DNA from: Octopus sinensis
Taxonomy: Eukaryota
Direction of reading: 5' to 3'
DNA length: 41,624 nt
NCBI RefSeq assembly: GCF_006345805.1
Contig: NW_021835288.1
Coordinates: forward strand, 1 to 41,624
The notes below the pieces were generated by a model. That model was not told the DNA's origin and ran no database searches. It saw only the letters and a program-made list of their open reading frames with translations. The position numbers and the translations under genes are program-made. This document shows, piece after piece, positions 32,060 through 41,624 of the stretch (positions within the stretch are counted from its first letter, which is position 1; each line of letters begins with the position of its first letter).

Positions 32060-32257
32060 AAATAATCCAGAATCCTTGTCCGTTGCTGGATTGATCCCCA
32101 AATCTAATCAGTTTGTGCCAGTCATGACGCCAAACATCCCTGAAAGTTTCATCTGAATCCAACCAGCGGTTCTTGAGATATCTTGTTCATGGACAAACAA
32201 ACAAACAAACAAACATGACTGAAAACAAACCTCTGCCTTCGTTAAGGTGGAGGTAAT
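32060..32257 (+). mobile_element. Helentron/DINE-like non-autonomous element 3' part
   Basis: (ACAA)n run, then gaaaacaa-acctctgccttcgttaaggtggaggt-aat subterminal hairpin, typical of HINE-type ends. Confidence 0.55.
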
Positions 32258-33010
32258 AATAAAGTTCTTGGCGTGTTGTATAGAATAGTTAATAATTTTA
32301 TTGTGAAAAGCACTTTTAATGAAATATATTTTTATCCATTCTGTTGAATCCCCAGAGACTATGGGCAGCACAGTTTGGAAATCCCTTATGTAGAGATTCA
32401 TCGTTGGTTGAAGCACGAGCGCGCGTGTATTTGTTTAATAGGCGAAGAAATATGTTTTGGAAATATCTTTCAACAGAGAGGAAATGTACCATTGTAGATG
32501 CCATGGCAACGATGTCTTATGGGAATGATCTTGTCAAGCGTTTTCTCTTTCTTAACACAATTTATATTATTAGATTTAACAGTATCAAAATAACTTTGAA
32601 TAAAAATGGAATTAGGTCAGCTGCACGAAGGTATTTTAGTGCTGCCAAGTTATTCATACACATATATATCCATCAACATGTTTTTGTTTTTATCGTTGTA
32701 ACTGCTGCTGCTGTTGCTTCTATGTTCCTCTTTCCCTAATACACTGGAAGCAGCTCTTTGGGGCTGGCGTGTACAATTTAGGCTTCCACTTTACCTTTAT
32801 CCTCCGTCTTAACCCTTGTAATATCAGCCACACCTGAAACGGCCCTTGGTTCTGTGATACAAACTTCATGTTGTAAAGTGATCTGAATTAACACCTTCCA
32901 TCAAAATCTTATGCTAAATGTGATTCAAACACAAGCTTAACCCTTTCGCTGTCCTGTGCGCCGCATATGATACATAGGACATACTTCCATAGCGTCTGTG
33001 CATGCATCAT

Positions 33011-33351
33011 CTGAGACCCCTCTTCGGTCATGACTGACCATGGGATTGCACCTAGAAGGTTACTCTCCCAGGCCCAAGTTCGGGAAAGGTTGTTTTTATG
33101 GAAGACCAGCAGTCACCCATGCATACCAGCCTCCCCTCTCCATGCCACCAGTGTTATCCAAAGGAAAGACAAAGGCCGATATAGCTTGGCACCTGTGACG
33201 TCGCAACTCATTTCTACGGCTGAGTGAACTGGAGCAACGTGAAATAAAGTGTCTTGCTCAAGAACACAACACGCAGCCCGGTCCGGGAATCGAACTCACA
33301 ACCTCACGATCGTAAGCTCGACGCTCTAACCACTGAACCATGCGCCTTCAC
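33011..33351 (-). mobile_element. Full-length SINE family D-type head with a different tail
   Basis: Shares the CORE-like domain with 29341-29660 but has a different 3' half. Perfect 12-bp TSD tgcatgcatcat at 32999-33010 and 33352-33363. Confidence 0.92.
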
Positions 33352-33566
33352 TGCATGCATCATATATGATACACATTCCTAGTTTTTCTTTAGTTTTTTT
33401 GTTTTTTTTCAACCACCAGAGCAACAGGAAACTAATGAAAAGAAAGCTTTATACAACCGAGAACTTATGAAACAAGGGCTAAGAAAAAGTCTGAAAACAT
33501 GCATGGACGTTTAGGACGAACTTGTGAAAATACTTTGGACAAGCAAAGTGTTAATGATCCTTTCAG

Positions 33567-33750
33567 TCACAAGGCCTGAAATTTGGTGGGAGGAGACATG
33601 TCGATTACATCGACCCCAGTGTTTCACTGGCACTTAAAAGGATGAACGGCAGTCAACCTCGGCGGAATTTGAACTCAGAACGTAGCTGTAGACGACTTAC
33701 CACTAAGCATTTCAACCAGCACTCTAACGATTCTGCCAGATCGCTGCCTT
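33567..33750 (-). mobile_element. SINE family A monomer
   Basis: cacaaggcctgaaattt..ctcggcggaatttgaactcag..ctaacgattctgccag. Confidence 0.82.
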
Positions 33751-33796
33751 GCAAAGGGTTATTAATGGCAGTTATCTTATTAAATTAATCATTATA

Positions 33797-34172
33797 GGCG
33801 TAGGAGTGGCTTTGTGGTAAGTAGCCTGCTTATCAGTCACATGGTTCCCGGTTCAGTCCCACTGCGTGGCACCTTGGGCAAGTGTCTTCTACTATAGACT
33901 CGGGACGACCAAAACCTTGTGAGTGGATTTGGTAGACGGAAACTGAAAGAAGCCCGTCGTATATATGTGTGTGTTTGTGTTTGTGCCCCCAACATCGCTT
34001 GACTACCGATGCTGGTGTGTTTATGTCCCCGTAATTTGGAAGTTCGGCAAAAGAGACCGATAGAATAAGTACTAAGCTTACAAAGAATAAGTCCTGGGGT
34101 CGATTTGCTCGACTAAAGGCGGTGCTCCAGCTTGGCCACAGTCAAATGACTGAAACAAGTAAAAGAGTAAAA
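33797..34172 (+). mobile_element. Full-length SINE family C
   Basis: High identity to 8865-9274. Confidence 0.92.
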
Positions 34173-34591
34173 GTGTATTATTATCAAAATCAATTGAAAC
34201 AAAGGCACTCTATCGACATAGAAGTATGGTAACTAAAAGGATAAAAGACATTGCACGTCATAGAAAACCCCTCCTTCGTCTACTAAAGAGAATTCACTAG
34301 AGTGTCTTCCAAGGTTGCTTCTTTCTTGGATTAAACAAGGAAAATACCTGCGGACCTTACCAAAGCACAAATAAGTTACTTTCCTCTTGCGCAACTTTGA
34401 TAGATTGTGGAAGACGAGCTTCTAAATATTTCTTCTTTCGTGAAACCCTTCTGCATTTCAGCTTGTTTAAAAGAACGTTTGCAAACGATGGTGTTTCGTC
34501 GTTGCCTGTCACATTTTCATCTCACAAAGTACGTGCATATGCATGGTTTGGTCATTTGTTATTATTGTTGTCTCTTGTCGAACATGTCATA

Positions 34592-35089
34592 TCTTTATAT
34601 ATAAAAGTGAAGTTGTGTGTCTGTCTCCTACGATTTAGATTCCTAACTACTCCCACATTTTGCGGTGCAGTGTAACCAAAACCGGGTATCTTATAGTCGT
34701 GATTCATATCGAGCCCTTCTGGGTATTAGCGCGCGTCTACGATGAGTCTACGATTTTAAAAAAATTTACCATCATTTTTTATTCCATTTTAATGCATTTT
34801 TCGCTATTATATATGGGAAGTAACTCTCTAAAATTGTCTACGATGAGTCAACGATTAAAAAAAAATTACCATCATTTTTTATTCCATTTTAATGCATTTT
34901 TCGCTATTATATAAGGGAAGTAACTCTCTAAAAATGTCTACGATGAGTCAACGATTTAAAAAAAAAATTACCATAATTTTTTATTCCATTTTTAATGCAT
35001 TTTTTGCTATTTTTTTGCTATAACTCACTAAAAATGCTTATATAGTTATTTCCCTTACAAACCCGAGCAACGCCGGGCGATACTGCTAG
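34592..35089 (+). mobile_element. Non-autonomous Helitron-type element (3 internal ~100-bp units)
   Basis: A|TC 5' end, 3' hairpin cccgagcaacgccggg, and CTAG|T end, with no TSD. Confidence 0.85.
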
Positions 35090-35200
35090 TCTACATACAA
35101 AAATGGCAAATTCTGTCTGTTTGTGGCTGTGTGTGTGTGAATTTGTGAATTTCTTACTTTAACTCCCCCGTGACTATCTAACCCATCCTCATGAAACTTG
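35090..35200 (+). mobile_element. Possible 5' end of a second Helitron-like element directly after the first
   Basis: TCtacatacaaaa..ctgtctgtttgt..(GT)..catcctcatgaaacttg resembles common non-autonomous Helitron 5' ends. Confidence 0.3.
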
Positions 35201-35567
35201 ACGTGTGTGTGTGTATGTGTGTGTGTGGTTGGGTGGGGGGTTTATACCCATGCAGTCACTAACGCACTTGGAATTTAAAAAAAAAATCGATAATTTTTAA
35301 TCAGCATCGATTTTACAAAAATCAATAGGACATTTCAATGCAAATTTTCATATGAATGATATTTTCTGCCATAAGTTTTAAAATAGCCAACAGATTTTCT
35401 TGAAATTTTATATGCAGATGGAATATGCGCTAATGACTGGTTCAGACAGATAAATTTTTCCTAGGCCGCTCAAGCAAAGCGTAAGATGATTTTTCATTAA
35501 CTGGTTAATGAAATTTGGCCTAAATTGTTGTGGGCCTAAAATGTTCATCCATTATTTCGTATATAAA

Positions 35568-35568
<1 letters not shown>

Positions 35569-35638
<70 letters not shown>

Positions 35639-35655
35639 TAATAATAATAATAATG
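35569..35655. repeat. (AAT)n microsatellite
   Basis: Directly visible. Confidence 0.97.
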
Positions 35656-35657
35656 AT

Positions 35658-36203
35658 ATGCAGTACCAGGCAGTGGCTCTCATGGCTTCTGATCTTAACT
35701 GATTGGAAGTGTTATCATGTACATTGTTTTGTCTTGGTATAAAAGATGGGCTACAGCAAATATTCTGCTCAATACCACAGATCTGCTTGTCAGTTGTTTG
35801 ACCATAACCAGTTGAGCATGTCCCTTAGTGGCTGACGATATGTGCATCTCTGATCACGAGCAGAAGTAGTGGGAGAGCATCATAGCCAAGTGTTGAGAGA
35901 AAATCTTTAGGGTGTGAATAATTCACCTCTGGAAACATGGGTGGTTCTTTCAACATCCTTAAACAACCGTTATTCAGGGACCTTTTGAGCGGGATGGGCT
36001 ACTCAACCTGAAGAAAATTCTAACTGGGCCCCACCTGCAAGGTCATGTGCTGTTATCTGATATGGGATCACCATGTCGCGCACATATGGTTGTGATGCAT
36101 GTGCCTGGTGTACCTTTATCAGACGGGTAGTCATGATGGGTATATTGGGCTTCGTATATTTTACCCCAGTGTCACTTTGATGGCATGAACTGCTCTCTCA
36201 CTC
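35658..36203 (+). mobile_element. ~545-bp interspersed repeat bounded by (AAT)n on both sides; probable LINE 3' UTR (Dong/R4-like targeting inferred)
   Basis: No ORF. AAT arrays lie at both ends. I recall this sequence as an abundant octopus repeat. Confidence 0.45.
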
Positions 36204-36217
36204 AATAATAATAATAA

Positions 36218-36539
36218 TAGGGAATATAACTCCAAAATTACAGTGAAAAATTCAATTTAGTATCAAATCAAATTTCACAATATAAATATATATATAAATT
36301 CGAGAAAACCCACTATCATGTAATTCAATCAAAGATAGACGTAAATCATACCACATAGAAAAAATAAAATCCACGATAAAACATCTACCTAGATCACGAA
36401 AAAAAGTACTTATATACTGTTTATTTATTATTATGTACTTTTTGTGATCTAGGTAAATGTTTTATCATGTATTTTATTTTTTCTATATGGTATGATTTAC
36501 GTCAATCATTGTTTGAACTACATAATAGTGGTTTTTCTC
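36218..36539. repeat. ~105-bp inverted repeat pair (foldback), possibly a Penelope-type inverted terminus
   Basis: 36302-36409 is the reverse complement of 36435-36539 at roughly 85% identity. Confidence 0.8.
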
Positions 36540-36724
36540 TAAAACATTTTTAAGGATTTAAGGATATATGTATGAATTCTAGTTGTTTTTTATTAAGGTA
36601 TACATAAAGGAAGGAACACCGTACAAAAAAATATATACTCATACCGGTGCAAAGAGAGAAAATGCACACACCTATAGATATTTGTACACACACAAATAAG
36701 GAATAATAGTGTATATGTGTGTGT

Positions 36725-36784
<60 letters not shown>

Positions 36785-37159
36785 AAACATACGTATATTT
36801 GCACACGTTCGTATTAATAAATACATGTTAGTGTCAACATGTTTTTATGATCGTGAGGTGGCTCCAGCATGGCTGCAGTCAAATGACTGTAACAACTAAA
36901 AGACAATAAATAAATAAATAAATAAAAGATACATGTGTAGATGCATGTAGATAAATACATGTTTAGATGTCACATGTAGAGAGATACATGTATGAAAGCA
37001 TATGCAGATAGATACGTGTGTGGATGCACGTGCGAGTGCATGGTCAACACAAACCGACCGATGCCTTAAAATAGTTTATAACGTTATAAAGAAATTTAAA
37101 AAGAAATATAAATTTGCTTTTTCTCATAGACCAAATTACATATCTTTTACCTTTTTTTA

Positions 37160-37345
37160 TACGTTTCAGTCATTAGACTGTGGCCATACGGGGGCACCAC
37201 CTTTAAAGAATTTTTCAGTCGAATGAATTGATCCCAATATTTTCTCTTTGTTTTTCTAAATCTGTTACTCTATCGGCCACTTTTGCCGAACTTCTAAGTT
37301 ACGGGGACATTAACCGAACAACACAGGTTGGTAAACGCAGACACG
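37160..37345 (-). mobile_element. SINE family C-related 3' half
   Basis: gtttcagtcattagactgtggcc..cttttgccgaacttctaagttacggggac. Confidence 0.75.
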
Positions 37346-37346
37346 A

Positions 37347-37405
<59 letters not shown>

Positions 37406-37499
37406 CACACACACACAAATATATACATACATGTATACACACACACACACACACACATATAGCCACTACACATTCTTTATTTACTCTCCTTGTTTCTTT

Positions 37500-37635
37500 C
37501 TTTGTTCCTTTCTGTAGAAGATCGTAGGCTGGAAACGTTAAAGACTTTTTCACTTCCCAAGCGTTATGCTAATACATCTGTTTGTTGTCTACACCACCTG
37601 TCTCGTCTTTTGTTTTTCTGCGAATTCACCTCCCG
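37500..37635 (+). mobile_element. Penelope-like 3' fragment with decayed hammerhead-like motif, ending in (TA)n
   Basis: cttt-ctgtagaagatcgtaggctgGAAACGTT-aaag. Confidence 0.4.
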
Positions 37636-37669
<34 letters not shown>

Positions 37670-38214
37670 ATATATATATATATATATATACGAGCAAAAC
37701 GCCCCATCCTCCGTCAAATGGACGGTGCTGAGTTGTCAAACATTTAAACCAAATTTTCTCAAAACAACTCGTCCGACCGTCCCATAGGTCTCCCCTTTGA
37801 GGAACACCGATTTAACCTAAAGTTGAGACACCAGCAAAAGAAGAAATAAAGATAGACTTTTTTTCTATTCCAAAGAAAAACGATTTTATTCACACAAATA
37901 TGCAACCGAAGAGTTTAAAGTACCAGTAATGTTAAGGCTGTTGACTGGGAGAACACAAACATGGTTTAAACGGTAAGCTTGGCAAGAAAGAAACGTGCCT
38001 TTAAGCAGTACAAAAACAACAAAAAATGGAAGGTGCAGTTATGTACAGGTTGACGGAAGAAAAGCAGGACAAAAACGATGCATGCAAATGGGTTAGCTGG
38101 AGGTAAATCTATGGTCCCTTAAATATACTGCATTTTGTGGCATTATTTCAAGCCAGCCGGCTTTTTTTTGCGCAAATTGCACGTGCATTTTTCCCTCGTA
38201 CACGTAGTATCGAT

Positions 38215-38431
38215 CGCAACAACTGATGTACTTGCGCGTACAAATGCACGTTCCCACGGTTTTATCGATCGCATTCTCACTTGGAATCGATTTTTGTAAT
38301 TTTTTCAAGACTTATACACGCCCTGATACCATCGGTATCTACATATCAAATTTGAGCACAATCGGATGGAGGATACCCAAGATCCTAGAAGACACACACA
38401 CACACAGACAGAACGGATTTTATATAATAGA
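38215..38431 (-). mobile_element. Helitron-like non-autonomous element 5' part
   Basis: Minus strand A|TCtattatataaaatccgttctgtctgtgtgtg..ccgattgtgctcaaatttg. Confidence 0.4.
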
Positions 38432-38440
38432 TATATATAC

Positions 38441-38550
38441 AACGAGCTTCTTTCAGTTTCCGTCAACCAAATCCACTAACAAGGCTTTGGTCGGTTCGCG
38501 GCTATAGAAGAAAACACTTGCCCATGGTGCCACGCAGTGGGACTGAACCC
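38441..38550 (-). mobile_element. SINE family C fragment
   Basis: ctttcagtttccgtc..cacttgcccatggtgccacgcagtgggactgaacccg. Confidence 0.85.
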
Positions 38551-38978
38551 GATGATTTATATATATATCAATTAGAGTGTTATAAAATATAAAAACTAAA
38601 ATTCAAATCAATCTCGGTAACTGTTCTAGTTTGAGGAATGTTTTGGAAGAAATGTGACTTGTGTATCTGTTATTTCACGTTCAGCTCCCATGTTTTCTTA
38701 TCATTTTGGATAAAATGAAGTTTGCTGTGTTGATAGGTTGACGGGTCACCATTATTTAGGGCTTTAGGGTGGAGGTTGGCACACAAGCCCGCTCCGAGTA
38801 CACATCTGTAGATATTGTAATACCCACAAACAAGTCTTGTTGCCGACTCCACTCATGTGTAGTGTGCTCAATGACGAAATACATTCTTACCGTGGCCATT
38901 TCAAGTATTTCAAGTTTATCTAAAACTACATTGCTTAATGAGTTATTTCTTTTTCCAGAGATTAATGATTACGAATAA

Positions 38979-39577
38979 GGCGGTGAGCTGGCAGAATCGT
39001 TAGAACGCCGGGCGAAATGCTTAGCGGTATTTTATCTGCCGCTACGTTCTGAGTTCAAATTCCGCCGAGGTCGACTTTGCCTTTCATCTTTTCAGGGTCG
39101 ATTAAATAAGTACCAGTTACGAACTGGGGTCGATGTAATCGACTTAATACCTATGTCTGTCCTTGTTTGTACCCTCTGTGTTTAGCCCCTTGTGGGTAAT
39201 AAAAAGAAATAGGTTATTTGGTCTGCCGCTACGTTCTGAGTTCAAATTCCGCCGAGGTCGACTTTGCCATTCATCTTTTCAGGGTCGATTAAATAAGTAC
39301 CAGTTACGCACTGGGGTCGATATAATCGACTTAATCCGTTTGACTGTCCTTGTTTGTCCCCTCTGTGTTAGCCCTTGTGGGTAATAAAGAAATAGGTATT
39401 TTGTCTGCCGCTACGTTCTGAGTCAAATTCCGCCGAGGTCGACTTTGCCATTCATATCCTTTCAGGGTCGATTAAATAAGTACCAGTTACGCACTGGGGT
39501 CGATTAATCGACTTAATCCTTTTGACTGTCCTTGTTGTCCCCTCTGTGTTTAGCCCCTTGTGGGTAGTAAAGAAATA
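38979..39577 (+). mobile_element. SINE family A trimer with a single TSD
   Basis: One head and three bodies (periods 187 and 182 bp). 14-bp TSD attaatgattacga (38961-38974) / attattgattacga (39578-39591). Confidence 0.92.
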
Positions 39578-40094
39578 ATTATTGATTACGATTTGAGTGA
39601 GATTTCGTTGCTATTCCTAACACCTTAAGCGACTATACAGATGTAAGATTTCCAGATGTGTGGTCTTTAACACGTTCTCACGTGATGGAAATCAAGTTCA
39701 CCTTCCCTTCTCAGCACTATTTTCTTCCCGTCCAAGAATTACATCTAAAGGTTTCGTTCGATACCAGCAGAAAACTTGCGGAAGCATTCAAAAGCCAACC
39801 GACGAATTTTATGGTTAATTAGGAATTATATTTATTTTTTTTTACTCATTCTCGTTCAATGTATTAATATTCTACAGTACAAATTCGCTTTAAAGAATAT
39901 TTTCCCAGTAACTTTTGCATGATTCTGAAGAGCGTTATCTTTCTTATCAGTTTATTCAGTGGAAACCGTCTAACTGCCTCGAGATTTCAAGGTTAAAATT
40001 CTTACGACTTGATTAGAAGAATCTGACTTATTCAAACTCTGCTCAATAAATAATTCAACACCCTTGAGAAAAAAATAAAGAAGCAGAATTTAAA

Positions 40095-40198
40095 AGTACA
40101 TACACACAAACTTGCACACGCACACACACACACACACACGCATACACGCACATGTACGTACGTACGTACGTACATACATACATGGATACATACATACA

Positions 40199-40229
<31 letters not shown>

Positions 40230-40442
40230 GTGTATATGCATACAATACATATTAATACATAATTTTTAAAATACACGCTTACACACGCAATATATGTGCG
40301 TTTATGTGTTTATTTATAAGGAGATATATTATATTATACTATATTGTTCATGTGTGTATGTGCACTCACACACATACACACATACACACGCATACTCACA
40401 CACATATATATGTGTGTATGTGTGTGTGTGTGTGTGTGTGTG
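40095..40442. repeat. Compound CA/TACA/TG microsatellites
   Basis: Directly visible. Confidence 0.9.
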
Positions 40443-40535
40443 TTTAAAAATGAATGGAAATGGCTTTTCTGATAATTTTCCCACTTAAATTATTATTTAT
40501 AAGTTGTATATGTGTGTGTGTGTATATATATGTGT

Positions 40536-40836
40536 GGAGGCGGACTGGCCCAGTGGTTAGGGCAACGGACTCGCGGTCGTAGGATCGCGGTCTCGATTCC
40601 CAGACCAGGCGTTGTGAGTGTTTATTGAGCGAAAACACCTAAAGTTCCACGGGGCTCCGGCAGGGGATGGTGGCGATCCCTGCTGTACGCTTTCGCCGCA
40701 ACTTCCTCTCACTCTTTCTTTGTTGGCCTGCTCGCTTAGCCAGCGGGGTGGCGTCATTTGGAGGCTAAAACAATGGCAAGCGCATTATGACCAGCGATGT
40801 GTAGCAACATCTGATAGCCTGGTCGGTCATGTGATA
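40536..40836 (+). mobile_element. Full-length SINE family B (tail type 3, RTE-derived)
   Basis: Family B head. The tail tgaccagcgatgtg..ctggtcggtcatgtgata aligns to the RTE 3' end at 3913-3974. Confidence 0.9.
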
Positions 40837-40909
40837 TACATATATATGTGTGTGTGTGTGTGTGTGTACGTATGTGTGTGTGTATATATATATAAACTTA
40901 TAAATATCT

Positions 40910-41364
40910 AACTTACGACCTATCCGACTTACGACCGATCGACTCCTGGCAGCAATAATAAATAGTCTAGTTGAAGTCTAATGGATTTCATTTCTTGGAA
41001 ATTAACCCATCTACTGATGATGTCAACTAACAAACGCTCCCACTAGGTTTGTTTATCGATCACCACTGTGTTGGATGACTAATCTTGTGGAAACATCGAG
41101 GTAACCTCGTATTTGTTTATAAGACGATTGCTTAAGACTCCGAAATTTTTGACTAACGCCAGTGTAATAGTACAATACAGAATACTGTGTGTGACTTTTA
41201 CCTGAGAATGTACCTTAAGAATGTAAAAATATAAAACAAAGCTATGTAGACCTATAGATCGACTTACGACCAAATCGACTTACGACCAAACCGACTTACG
41301 ACCAAACCTACTTACGACAAGTCAGTCTGAACCAATTGTGGTCGTAAGTCGACGACGACTTGTA
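40910..41364. mobile_element. Tigger/pogo-like (Tc1/mariner) MITE with 16-bp subterminal repeats
   Basis: The right end ggtcgtaagtcgacgacgacttg|TA resembles a CAGGTAGTCCTCGACTTACGACC-type TIR. The motif gacttacgacc recurs at a 16-bp period at 40910/40926 and 41261/41277/41293/41309. Confidence 0.65.
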
Positions 41365-41624
41365 AATGCCTCGAGAAAAGGCTTCGTATATACGTATGGT
41401 ACCAAAAAAATAGAAGACACAGAAGTATAGTAGTCGAACATTTTCTAGCGGCAGCGGTGGAATTGCTAAATCTAGATCTCTACTTTTTTTAGCATCATCA
41501 GTAATAAGGATCTACAAGCAACCGCATGTGTAGACAAATTTAACCACTACTGATATAGAAAAACTGATTAACAAATAATTTGTGTCACAGGCTGGGTAAA
41601 AATTCGCAGGTTTGTGGTTTTCTA

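Noticed and set aside
38891-38919. Candidate 29-nt minus-strand micro-exon (ttttag|..KLEILEMAT|gtaaga), faintly bHLH-like
   Set aside because: It is too short, contains an internal 9-bp direct repeat that explains the peptide pattern, and has no supporting exons.

Overview
Eukaryotic, AT-rich, repeat-saturated DNA, either intergenic or intronic. I could not support any host protein-coding gene, rRNA, true tRNA gene or CRISPR array. The tRNA-derived SINE families, dense CA/TA/AAT microsatellites and TTAGGG repeats point to an octopus or other coleoid cephalopod genome; this rests on recollection, not a database search. I label the four SINE families A-D. Other elements are several RTE-clade LINE remnants, two Tc1/mariner relics, a probable Sola2-type transposon, hAT and Tigger-like MITEs, Helitron/Helentron-type non-autonomous elements, a long-TIR foldback element carrying telomeric repeats, and Penelope-like 3' ends with hammerhead-like motifs. 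Four leads stand out. (1) A nearly intact gag/ORF1-like zinc-knuckle ORF with no RT (18529-20055) lies between a SINE-A 5' head and a 3' tail shared with SINE-A, and has a diverged second copy at 24660-25517. (2) A tRNA-headed element (29884-30304) is split by an inversion, and its two halves reconstruct a minimal type I hammerhead ribozyme. (3) SINE-A dimers and a trimer are each bounded by a single TSD. (4) SINE heads are joined to interchangeable tails, one matching an RTE 3' end in this same window. Superfamily names are inferences from remembered motifs; coordinates of degenerate elements are approximate.
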